Source of the DNA: an uncultured Planctomycetaceae bacterium
GTDB taxonomy: Bacteria; Planctomycetota; Planctomycetia; Isosphaerales; Isosphaeraceae
NCBI GenBank assembly: GCA_963833985.1
Contig: CAWIAD010000002.1
Coordinates: forward strand, 3,936,001 to 4,000,000
Reading direction: 5' to 3'
DNA: 64,000 bases
The notes below the pieces were generated by a model. It was not told the DNA's origin. It ran no database searches and worked only from the letters and a program-made list of their open reading frames with translations. Shown here piece by piece: positions 10,443-19,388 of this stretch. A program made the translations under genes and the position numbers. Each line of letters starts with the position of its first letter. Positions within the stretch are counted from its first letter, which is position 1.

Positions 10443-11744
10443 TCAGCGTGTGGTGAGCAGGATCAGATTGGTGATCATCGACACGGCCAGAATCATGGCC
10501 ATGGCGGCGATGATCTGGTTGCGGCTGTTGACGATCCCGGCCAGCTCGATCATCTGGCCTTCGTCCGCAAAGCTTGCGGCCGCCATGTCCTCATCGATAT
10601 CGCCCTGCGCCAGGGCCTCGAGGCTTTCCGGCTTCTGAGCGGCGATCATCGGGCTCTCGCCCTGGATCAGGCACTTGAGGTCGAGAATCAGGTCGTCTGG
10701 GGTGGAGTATCGGTGTTCGCGGTTCTTGGCCAGCATCGTCTCGACGACCATGCCCAGGCCGCTGGAGAGCCGGGTATTGAGATGGTCCGGCGGGACGAGC
10801 TGAACACGCGGGTCGACATGCTTGCGCATCACGTCGGAGGGGTTGTCGCCGCCGTAGGGTACGCGGCCGGTGACCATGTGGTAAAACGTTGCGCCCAGGC
10901 TGTAGAGGTCGGCCCGGATGTCGATATCGGTCTGCCCCCGTACTTGCTCGGGGCTGATGTAGTACGGTGTCCCGATCGCCATGCCAGCCTCGGCCAGCCC
11001 CCATTTCTCATCGTCGGTCAACCGTGCCAGTCCAAGGTCGGCCAGCTTCACCCCGCCGTCCTTGGTGATGATGACATTCTCCGGCTTGATGTCACGATGG
11101 ATCAAACCGCGGTGAGCCGCGTGCTTCAGCGCCTCGGCCACCGCAAGGACGATGCGGATCGCTTCCTTCTCCTCGAAGATTTTGTGCTGATCGATATAGT
11201 CCTTGATCGTCAGCCCCTCGACGTACTCCATCACGAAGAAGAACCGCCCGCCCGCCTCCCCCGCATCAATCGCGTTGACCACGTTGTTGTGCGAGAGCTT
11301 GGCGGCGATCTTGGCTTCACGCTCGAAACGCTTGATGAATTCCTTGTTCTGCGCCAGCGAATCAAGCAGGACCTTCACGGCCACGAGCCGATCCACGCTG
11401 AGCTGCCGCGCCTTGTACACGGCACCCATCGAGCCGCGGCCAAGGCGCTCCAGGATCTGGTATCCTGGGATCTCCAGCTTCCGCGCCACGTCACCCTTTT
11501 CCTGGAGCAACCGGACCATCTGGCTCCGTGTCAGCACCTTGGCATCAACCATGACCTCGAGCAAACTCGGTGAAGGTTGTTTGTCCCTGGCGATGAGCTT
11601 GGAACGGTGGCTCTTGCAAGCCTCGATCTCGCTTTCGGTCGCCAGTCCGCGGCGCAGGATCGATTTTTCCAGGTTGCTCTCGTCGAGCGTCGAGAGCGCC
11701 TTCTGATCCTTTCCTGCCGGGTTGCCTTCGACCGAAGTGGCCAT
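10443..11744 (-). CDS. Serine/threonine protein kinase with C-terminal TM helix
   Basis: GRGSMG, VAVK, HRDIKPEN, DLGLA, GTPYYISPEQ. Confidence 0.93.
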   Translation of the reverse strand: MATSVEGNPAGKDQKALSTLDESNLEKSILRRGLATESEIEACKSHRSKLIARDKQPSPSLLEVMVDAKVLTRSQMVRLLQEKGDVARKLEIPGYQILERLGRGSMGAVYKARQLSVDRLVAVKVLLDSLAQNKEFIKRFEREAKIAAKLSHNNVVNAIDAGEAGGRFFFVMEYVEGLTIKDYIDQHKIFEEKEAIRIVLAVAEALKHAAHRGLIHRDIKPENVIITKDGGVKLADLGLARLTDDEKWGLAEAGMAIGTPYYISPEQVRGQTDIDIRADLYSLGATFYHMVTGRVPYGGDNPSDVMRKHVDPRVQLVPPDHLNTRLSSGLGMVVETMLAKNREHRYSTPDDLILDLKCLIQGESPMIAAQKPESLEALAQGDIDEDMAAASFADEGQMIELAGIVNSRNQIIAAMAMILAVSMITNLILLTTR

Positions 11745-12175
11745 ACCGCCGTCTCCACCCTTTATTACACCCCCCGGCTCGGGGGTCGAGCTGGCTTCCC
11801 GGGAGGACAATCAACGGTGATTGATCTATTTGAACCGGAACAGGAAGTGTGGATCGACCGCGCAAGACCGAAGCGCCGCCGGAAGTAAGTATGGAACGAC
11901 TGGGAACGTTGTCAACGGGTTTCTCTCCGCGCTCCGCGACTCTTCGGCGACTGCCGCGGCCTCACCAGGGTCGCGTCGCCAGGGGCGAACGATCCGTAGC
12001 CTCCGCCTTCACCTGTGATCCAGCTCCCCTCAATAATAGTATAGTGTTTCTCGTTAAACATCCTCTACGATCACAACCGGCCGGCAGTGACGCGCCCACC
12101 GCGCGGAAGCCCGGATCTCCGGTGGCCGCTGGATGTCCTTCCCTGGAGCTCTCAGACCATTGGACGGAGGCGACG

Positions 12176-13283
12176 TTGCTCACGATCGGTGTCATTCCGG
12201 GCGACGGTGTCGGGCCCGAAGTCATGTCGGAAAGTCTTGCAGTCTTTGATGATGTGGCGCGGCGATCAGGCCTGGAATATGCTCTCAGAAGGTTCGACCT
12301 GGGTGGTGAAGCGTACCTGGCCACCGGCAAGGTCCTGCCCCGGCAAGCCGTCGAGGATTTGCGCGCCTGCGACGTCATCTTGCTGGGCGCCGTCGGTCAC
12401 CCCGGAGTTCCCCCGGGAATTCTTCGAGCAGGGGATCTTGCTCCGCCTGCGGTTCGATTTCCAGCAGTACATCAACCTGCGCCCGGTACGCCTTTATCCG
12501 GGCGTCGAGTCGCCGGTTCGAGGTAAGCTGCCGGACGACGTTGATATGGTGGTGGTCCGCGAGAACAATGAAGACCTGTACGTGGGCGCCGGGGGCTTCA
12601 CCCGGAAGGGGACGGCCGAGGAAGTCGCCATCCAGACCTCGATCAACACTCGGGCCGGGGTGGAACGGGCGATTCGCTTCGCCTTCGAACAGGCCAGGCG
12701 CCGGGCCGGCCAGGGTCCCTTCAGGGGGCTCTCCCGCACCGAGGTGGACGGCGGCAAGACTCGCCAGGTGACCCTCGTCGCCAAGACCAACGTCCTGACC
12801 TACGCGCATGACCTCTGGATGCGTGCCTTCACGGAAATTTCGCGTGACTATTCCGACATCAAGTGCGACTATCAGCACGTGGACGCCTGCTGCATGCGGA
12901 TGGTCGTCAATCCCGAGCGTTTCGACGTGATCGTCACCACCAACATGTTCGGCGACATCATCACCGACCTGGGAGCCGTGCTCCAGGGCGGCATGGGACT
13001 GGCCGCCTCCGGCAATCTCAACCCGGAACGTTCGGCTCCCAGCATGTTCGAACCAGTGCATGGCTCCGCACCGGACATTGCCGGCAAAGGCATTGCCAAT
13101 CCGCTGGCCGCCATCCTCTCGGCGGCGATGATGCTTGACCATGTGGGCCAGGCTGAGGCGGCCGAGCGCATTCGCTGCGCCGTGGCGCGCGTCCTCAGCC
13201 AGCCGGCACCCCGAACACCCGACCTGGGTGGAACAGCGACCACGGCGGACGTGGGACGAGCCGTCCGGGAGGCGCTGAATTAA
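12176..13283 (+). CDS. leuB: 3-isopropylmalate dehydrogenase, frameshift near 12422
   Basis: IPGDGVGPEV in one frame; INLRP, VVRENNE, NMFGDIITD and FEPVHGSAPDIAGKG in the next; TTG start after GGAGG. Confidence 0.9.
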
Positions 13284-13301
13284 TCGAGGAGAACCCTGCC
13301 C

Positions 13302-13934
13302 ATGACCGGCGGCGATGGATGTCCCCTCCAGGGCAGCGTTCTCGTACTCAACAAGTTCTATACTGCCGTTCAAATCATCTCGGTTCGCCGGGCCTTCGGC
13401 CTGCTCTTCAAGGAACTCGCCGAGGTGGTCGCGATCGATGACGCCCAGTACATGGGGTTCAACCTCGGCTCGTGGCGCGAGGTCTCCCGGACGCGGGCCC
13501 TGTACACGGACCCGGATGACGAGTACGTCCGCTCGGTGCACTTCGAGATCCGGGTTCCCCGGATCATTCGCCTGCTCGCCTACGATCGGGTTCCGCGGCA
13601 GAAGGTCAAGTTCAACCGCCGCAATATCTTCGCCCGCGACGGCAACCGCTGCCAGTATTGCGGCCGCAAGTTCCCCACCAGCGAACTGAGCCTGGACCAC
13701 GTCGTCCCGCGCAGTCAGGGAGGACGGGCCACGTGGGAGAACATCGTCTGCGCCTGCGTGAAGTGCAACGTCAGGAAGGGAGGCCGGACCCCGCGCCAGG
13801 CGTCGATGCAGCTCTATCGCGAGCCGGTCCAGCCCCGCACCAGCCCGACTCTTCGGCTCAAACTCTCGCAACGTAAGTATGTAAGCTGGAAAGTCTTTCT
13901 TGACAATGCTTACTGGTCGGTGGAGCTGGAATGA
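13302..13934 (+). CDS. HNH endonuclease (McrA-like)
   Basis: RRNIFARDGNRCQYCG, LDHVVPRSQGG, WENIVCACVKCNVRKG. Confidence 0.9.
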   Translation: MTGGDGCPLQGSVLVLNKFYTAVQIISVRRAFGLLFKELAEVVAIDDAQYMGFNLGSWREVSRTRALYTDPDDEYVRSVHFEIRVPRIIRLLAYDRVPRQKVKFNRRNIFARDGNRCQYCGRKFPTSELSLDHVVPRSQGGRATWENIVCACVKCNVRKGGRTPRQASMQLYREPVQPRTSPTLRLKLSQRKYVSWKVFLDNAYWSVELE

Positions 13935-14139
13935 ACCTGGGACCGCGGCAAGGCGGAAGCACCCTGCCAGGCTGCCGCGCTGGTCGCAGGTGTACGCCCG
14001 CAACATGAGTGGAGGAATTCAACCCCGATTCGTTGGCAACCGTGCGCGCAATCGTGTATCCTGAACAGAGGGTCGTCGTTACAAGCAGGAACGGAGTCAC
14101 AAGCGGTGTGCTCCTGGTGGCTGGGCCGAGGAACCAACG

Positions 14140-15081
14140 ATGCAGCGTCATCCGATCCAGTCTCGATCCAAGGCGGGCTTCACCCTCATCGAACTGCTCG
14201 TGGTCATTGCCATCATCGGCGTCCTCGTGGCACTTCTGCTTCCCGCGGTTCAGTCGGCTCGTGAAGCCGGCAATCGTGCCCGCTGTCAGAACAATCTCAA
14301 GCAGCTTGGCCTGGCGGCCCAGCAATACCACGATAGCTTTAATGCTTTTCCGGCAGGCTGGTATTGCCAGGCGCCGGTCTACGACTCCAACGGCAACCTG
14401 ACCACCGACGTCAATTGCGCAACCCCTTCGACTCCCTATCAGAATTACATGTGGGGCCTGCTTCCCAGCCTCTTCGGCAAGCTCGAGCAAACCAACCTGT
14501 ACAACGAGCTGAACACGCTCCTGCCGCCCACGAACATGGAGAATTCCACGGCGATCCGCCGCACCGTGGATGTGCTGGTCTGTCCGTCGAACCGGCGTCC
14601 CGAGACCGTGACCCAGACCGGCTCGACGCAGAGGATTGGCCCCGCGGATTACCGGGGCAACATGGCCGCTGGCATGATCCTTCCCGACCCCAACAGCAAT
14701 TGCCCCACCCAGAACCCGGCAAATATCTACTGCTGCGTCTACGACAATGGCATGACCTACCAGAACTCGAGCGTCAGCATGGCCGACATCCAGGACGGCA
14801 CAACCAATACAATCCTGCTCGGCGAGACGCTCTCGGGCAACTGGTCGATGGCCACAAGCTGCTGCGTCCGCACCAACCTGGACCGCACGCTCAACAGGCC
14901 GATCGTCATCAACGGCGTGAACTACTACACCTACTGGATGAGCAAGCATCCCGGGCAGGCGAACTTCGTGAACTGCGACGGCAGCATCCGGCTGGTGAAC
15001 CAGACGATCAACAAGCTGGTCCTGACCAAGCTCATGACCCGGAGCGGCGGCGAGGCGATCTCTGCCGATGAGACCCGCTAA
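14140..15081 (+). CDS. DUF1559 (SBP_bac_10) protein with prepilin-type N-terminal methylation motif
   Basis: [39 protein letters not shown]9-DG motif [12 protein letters not shown]. Confidence 0.93.
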   Translation: MQRHPIQSRSKAGFTLIELLVVIAIIGVLVALLLPAVQSAREAGNRARCQNNLKQLGLAAQQYHDSFNAFPAGWYCQAPVYDSNGNLTTDVNCATPSTPYQNYMWGLLPSLFGKLEQTNLYNELNTLLPPTNMENSTAIRRTVDVLVCPSNRRPETVTQTGSTQRIGPADYRGNMAAGMILPDPNSNCPTQNPANIYCCVYDNGMTYQNSSVSMADIQDGTTNTILLGETLSGNWSMATSCCVRTNLDRTLNRPIVINGVNYYTYWMSKHPGQANFVNCDGSIRLVNQTINKLVLTKLMTRSGGEAISADETR

Positions 15082-15569
15082 CGGCCCGGCCCTCCTGAAT
15101 TCCCCCCGCACCCAAGGGCTTGAATCCGCCCCGGACAAGCAGGCTTGGCACTTTTTGCCGAGCCCCGGGCCGTTCATCAACAGACCATCGCAACTCTTCT
15201 GATGGCGTGGTCAGATGGACTCAGCAGCGCGGTCAAGTCTGACCGTTTTGGCCGAATCGCTGCCGCCCGAGGATCAGGTCCGGTGGACCTCGTCGCGAGG
15301 GCATCGGTTCGAGCTCGGGGCCTGCCTGAGAAGGGTATCTCTCTGCCTCGCCATCGAAGGGGCGCGGAACGGTGCTCGCGTCGGAATTGCATCATTTGAG
15401 ATTCTTTCCCTGGAGTTGTGGAACTGACGGAGGACGCACCGGAGCGGGTTGCCCCCCACGGCCAAACACGCCATGGAGCGGAATGGTCAGGTCCTCGGCT
15501 TCCCCAGGTACCGTCAAGACTCTCACCAGTCGCACGCAGAGATCCCTGTTGGCTACCTCTTCTGTATGT

Positions 15570-15673
15570 CATAATACGCTAATGATTGGCCCGCCGGGTA
15601 TGAGCCAGGCCCTACTGGCCGAGCGGCTTCAGACACCTGCCTGCCCCCGCTCACACCGGCCGGAAGCATTGAA
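15570..15673 (+). pseudogene. comM: Decayed internal fragment of comM/YifB Mg-chelatase-like ATPase
   Basis: Reads HNTLMIGPPGMSQALLAERLQT, then in a shifted frame LPPLTPAGSIE; resembles the ComM Walker-A region (HNxLMxGPPGSGKTxLAxRLPTILPPLT..E..E) but lacks GKT. Confidence 0.65.
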
Positions 15674-15691
15674 CGCTCGGGAGGCAACGTC

Positions 15692-17014
15692 ATGCCAACC
15701 ACGCCGAACGGCGGCGCCCATGTCGAGGCCGCTGCCAAGAACCCAAATCTGCCGATTTTGCACAAGGTGGGCGACCTGATCGCGCCCAAGGCGCCCACAG
15801 ACATCGCCTCGACGGGGCTGGAAGCAAGCGTCCTGACTGGCCTCCTGGTGAAGTGGGGTCTGATGGAGACCCGGTTCACCACGGAAGAGGTCGCCCAGAA
15901 ACTGCACCTGTCCGTGCCTCTGGCTCGTCAGGTACTGGAGAAGACCTGCTTCGAGGGGAGCGTGGAGCAGCTTTACCAGACCGGTGAGGGCACCTACCGC
16001 TACCGGATCACGGAAGATGGCCGCCAGCACGCGGCGCGGTTGCTGGAGGTTTGCGGTTACATTGGCCCTGCGCCGGTGAGCCTGGCGGCTTATACATCAT
16101 TGTTGCGCTGGCAGTTCGCGAACACGCCGCCGGTTCACCCCGAGCGTGTGGCTGCCGCCCTCTCTGGCCTGGTCCTCTCGCCGAGAGCGATGGAGCTCGT
16201 CGGCCTCGCCGCCTCCTCCGGGCGTAGCCTCTTCCTCTTCGGACCACCCGGAAACGGCAAGACCAGCATCGGGCGGAAGGTCCAGGCTGCGCTGTCAGGA
16301 GATTACTGGATCCCCCACGCCGTCAGCGTGGGCAACGACGTGATTCACCTGTACGACGAGCAGAGTCATCAGCGGGTCGACACTGGCGACCATCCCGCGG
16401 GGATCGACCAACGGTGGGTTCGTATTCGTCGTCCCCTGGTTGTGGTCGGCGGCGAGCTGACGATTGAGAGCCTCGATTTGATCTACAGCCCCGCGTTGCG
16501 CCAGTACGAGGCGCCTCCGCATCTCAAGGCCAACGGCGGCGTGTTCCTGGTCGACGACTTTGGCCGCGAGCGCGTCTCACCCGACCAGTTGCTCAATCGT
16601 TTCATCACGCCGATGGAGCACCAGATCGATTATTTCACGCTGCGTACGGGCCAGAAGATTCAACTGCCACTCCGTCACATTCTCATCATCTGCACCAATC
16701 TCAGTCCGGACGTGGTCACGGACCCGGCCTTCCTTCGTCGCCTGGGGTATCGCGTCTATCTGGGGTCGCCCACCCCGGAACAGTTCAGCCAGATTCTCCA
16801 GCAGTATGCGCAGCGCCGGGGAGCCGCCGTCGCCCCCGAGCTGATCGCGCATCTGCTCGAGCGTTACCGTGCGCAGAACCGTGAGATGCGTTCGTGTGAG
16901 CCGCGCGACCTGATCGAGCGCGCCCGCGATATCTGCCGCTTTCGCGGTACGTCCTTCGAGCTGACTCGGGAGGTGCTCGACCTGGCCTGGATTGGTTACT
17001 TCGGCGATCAGTGA
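15692..17014 (+). CDS. AAA+ family P-loop ATPase with N-terminal winged-helix-like region
   Basis: Walker A GPPGNGKT, Walker B FLVDD, arginine-finger-like DPAFLRRLGY. Confidence 0.85.
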   Translation: MPTTPNGGAHVEAAAKNPNLPILHKVGDLIAPKAPTDIASTGLEASVLTGLLVKWGLMETRFTTEEVAQKLHLSVPLARQVLEKTCFEGSVEQLYQTGEGTYRYRITEDGRQHAARLLEVCGYIGPAPVSLAAYTSLLRWQFANTPPVHPERVAAALSGLVLSPRAMELVGLAASSGRSLFLFGPPGNGKTSIGRKVQAALSGDYWIPHAVSVGNDVIHLYDEQSHQRVDTGDHPAGIDQRWVRIRRPLVVVGGELTIESLDLIYSPALRQYEAPPHLKANGGVFLVDDFGRERVSPDQLLNRFITPMEHQIDYFTLRTGQKIQLPLRHILIICTNLSPDVVTDPAFLRRLGYRVYLGSPTPEQFSQILQQYAQRRGAAVAPELIAHLLERYRAQNREMRSCEPRDLIERARDICRFRGTSFELTREVLDLAWIGYFGDQ

Positions 17015-17056
17015 CCGCTCAGAAGAGACGAGTCGCTCCTTATCCGCCAAATCTCA

Positions 17057-17392
17057 TCAGAGGAACCTCACCTGACCGGCCAAGTCTGGAGGGTCAAGCC
17101 GTTCCCAGACAAGAACCAGGCCGCGGACAATGTCACCGATGCTTCGCTTTCGCTGCTGGCAGTAAACGACGCCTGAGTGCTCGACTCCAGAGGCAGCAAG
17201 CCGCAAAAGATCCTCGTCGTAGCTGAAGATTACCCGACCTTGGGCGAGACAAAACCGAAGCTGGTCCTCATCAGTGGCCCCGAGAAGACCCACCTCGGGC
17301 GTGGTCGTCACATCGATGCCGCGACGGCGAAGGCCGGCGGCGATGGCATGAGAGCAGTTCTCATCAAGATGAAATGGAATCGTCCGCGGCAT
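17057..17392 (-). CDS. DUF5615 PIN-like toxin (VapC45-like)
   Basis: FHLDEN...LRRRGIDV, GATDEDQL, RVIFSYDED, HSGV; overlaps the upstream DUF433 gene. Confidence 0.85.
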   Translation of the reverse strand: MPRTIPFHLDENCSHAIAAGLRRRGIDVTTTPEVGLLGATDEDQLRFCLAQGRVIFSYDEDLLRLAASGVEHSGVVYCQQRKRSIGDIVRGLVLVWERLDPPDLAGQVRFL

Positions 17393-17747
17393 TGGGCTTC
17401 CGTGCCTTGAGCTCATCGAAGATTGACGGAGCGTTGTTCCGGAGTTTCTCGGCAAACTCCTCGCCGTCTCGAATCTCCCGGTCTATCCCGTCCCGGTGGT
17501 CGAAGTAGTAGGCCAGGGCCGCGTGAACGTCAGAGAGGGTGATGGTCGGATACTCGGAAACGATTTCATCCGGGCTCATCCCCATCCGCTCATACCATAT
17601 GGCGACGTCCGCGACCGTGATACGGTGACCAGCGATGCGCGGCTTTCCCCCGCGGACCCCTGGGGTCATCACGATGCGGTCTGTAAGGCTTACACTTTCC
17701 ATAGAGGAAGAAGCCGTTATGCTCCCAGGTTGGCTCGTCGGTTCCAT
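17364..17747 (-). CDS. DUF433 antitoxin-like protein
   Basis: TPGVRGGKPRIAGHRITV...GMSPDEIVSEYP.ITLSDVHAALAYY; start uncertain (17756, 17747 or later). Confidence 0.88.
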   Translation of the reverse strand: MEPTSQPGSITASSSMESVSLTDRIVMTPGVRGGKPRIAGHRITVADVAIWYERMGMSPDEIVSEYPTITLSDVHAALAYYFDHRDGIDREIRDGEEFAEKLRNNAPSIFDELKARKPNAADDSISS

Positions 17748-17821
17748 GTGTTTCATCCTATCACAAATCTCGCCTCCCCGAGGAAATCGACAGTCCTGAA
17801 AGCGGCCAGGACTTTGGAACT

Positions 17822-17915
17822 CACATAAGAAAAAAGGACCACATAAGAAAAAAGGTTCTTCTAAGAGAAAAAAGGACACATGAGAGGACAAGAATGAGGA
17901 CAAAAAGGAGGACAA
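17822..17915 (+). repeat. Purine-rich tract 1: two identical 16-bp CACATAAGAAAAAAGG copies, then short A/G-rich units ending in GGAC
   Basis: Copies at 17822-17837 and 17840-17855; units aaaaaaggac, gagaggac, atgaggac, aggaggac; preceded by hairpin AGTCCTG/CAGGACT at 17792-17813. Confidence 0.8.
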
Positions 17916-18114
17916 AGCTGGCGGAATTTTGGCGGAAGAGAGGCACGCCAAGAGCGAGTCGTTATGATTCTAACCGGATGAGCCACGGAGCGCGCGTGCA
18001 TGGCGGTGTAAGCAACTCCACACCCCGTGATCGACCCATAAAGGAGGTCGGAGCATCAGCAAGTCAGGAGCGGCTCTCCAAGCGGAGGCCGTGAGTGCAG
18101 GGAGAAAGGAGACC

Positions 18115-18591
18115 ATGAGGATTGTCGAGCGGAAGGTGTCCGCAGGGGATCGCGAGATCTTCGACCTCGATGAGTTCCTCTCGCGGCCATTGTATGCCCA
18201 CCTGGCGCACGATTCGAGACACGGGCCGAGGAATTCACCGGTCTGGTTCCACTGGGATGGCCGGGCGCTCTGGATCATCGGCGGCACGTCCTTTCCCGCG
18301 AACCTGAGTCGGGAGCCCCGCTGCGCCATCGGCATCGTGGACTGGGACCCGGCAACGGGACTGAGTCAACACGTCGGGCTCCGGGGCCGAGCGGAGGTGC
18401 TCGCGTTCGACCCCGCGGTCGCTCGAACAATCTTCAGGAAGTACTTTGGCCCCGATGAGGATCGGTGGGACCCGCGGTTCCGCGAGGACATCGCTGGCGA
18501 GACGGGCGTGCCGTTGATCCGGTTCATTCCCGAGACGGTTGTCATGCGCGACCAATCCTACGAACCCCCGGGTCAGATTGCGTCGGTCTGA
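18115..18591 (+). CDS. Pyridoxamine 5'-phosphate oxidase-like (PNPOx, split beta-barrel) protein
   Basis: FLSRPLYAHLA, PRNSPVWFHWDG, NL.REPRCA, LRGRAEV; AAGGAG RBS. Confidence 0.8.
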   Translation: MRIVERKVSAGDREIFDLDEFLSRPLYAHLAHDSRHGPRNSPVWFHWDGRALWIIGGTSFPANLSREPRCAIGIVDWDPATGLSQHVGLRGRAEVLAFDPAVARTIFRKYFGPDEDRWDPRFREDIAGETGVPLIRFIPETVVMRDQSYEPPGQIASV

Positions 18592-18656
18592 GGGGGCTCG
18601 ACCGGCGCGGCGTCGGCTGTCGAGGCGCAACTCGGGCGCGACCAGATCCCGCCAGC

Positions 18657-18763
18657 AGGACAACGGAGAGGAAGGGACTCAACGAGAGGAAAGGAGAGAG
18701 GAAAGAGAGGAAAGAGAGAGAAACAAAGAGAAAAGGACCGGACAAGAGAGAAAGGGACAGGCA
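18657..18763 (+). repeat. Purine-rich tract 2 (GAGAGGAAA-type units punctuated by GGAC) ending at GGGACAGGCA, upstream of the transposase
   Basis: About 100 nt almost entirely A/G on the + strand, read directly. Confidence 0.8.
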
Positions 18764-18771
18764 ACGCAGCC

Positions 18772-18800
18772 TTGACCGGGTTAGTGGGATTGGGTAGCCT
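18772..18800 (+). promoter_or_regulatory. Putative sigma70-type promoter of the transposase (second copy at 19329-19357)
   Basis: TTGACC-N17-TAGCCT, then GGAGG and ATG at 18828. Confidence 0.55.
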
Positions 18801-18827
18801 GTGCGGATCTTACTGGGAGGTCCGTGC

Positions 18828-19388
18828 ATGACGATTGCCCGTGCGCATCTGGTGGATCCATCGGTTACTCGCTGGTATCACTGCATCACGCGGTGCGTGC
18901 GGCGGGCGTTTCTGCTGGGGGAGGGCGGGATCGACCGTAAAGAATGGATCGAACGGCGGTTGCGGGAACTTGCGGAGATCTTCTCGGTGGCCGTGGGAGG
19001 GTTCGCCATCCTCGATAACCATCTGCATCTGCTGGTGCGGCTCGACCCCGATGTGGCGGCGGGGTGGGCGGATGAGGACATCGTGCGGCGCTGGGGGCGG
19101 CTTTTTCCGCCCCGCGACAAGGCTCGAAAGGCACTGCCGGTCTCGGAGGCTTGGGTCAAGGAACGGCTGAAAGACGTGAAGTGGGTGGCCACCGCACGCC
19201 AGCGGTTACAGAGCCTGAGCTGGTTCATGAAGTGCCTGAAGGAGCCGCTGTCACGGATGGCCAACCGCGAGGACGACACGCGCGGGGCGTTCTTCGAGGC
19301 AAGAGAGAAAGGGACAGGCAACGCAGCCTTGACCGGGTTAGTGGGATTGGGTAGCCTGTGCGGATCTTACTGGGAGGTCCGTGCATGA
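18828..19388 (+). pseudogene. Truncated first copy of the RAYT/IS200-like HUH transposase
   Basis: Identical to the full copy up to GAFFE, then an unrelated tail; keeps HUH motif NHLHL but lacks AYIDLNP; its TGA overlaps the ATG of the next copy. Confidence 0.85.

Noticed and set aside
12412..12430. Programmed frameshifting in leuB and the other split genes
   Set aside because: No consistent slippery motif or shift direction; the pattern fits sequencing indels
13302..13934. HNH gene as a defence or mobile element
   Set aside because: Common stand-alone HNH family tightly following leuB, with no partner methylase or mobility signs
18465..18829. K/E/R-rich or F/L/S-rich ORFs over the purine tracts (also the extension of 17364-17951)
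   Set aside because: Low-complexity translations of non-coding repeat DNA
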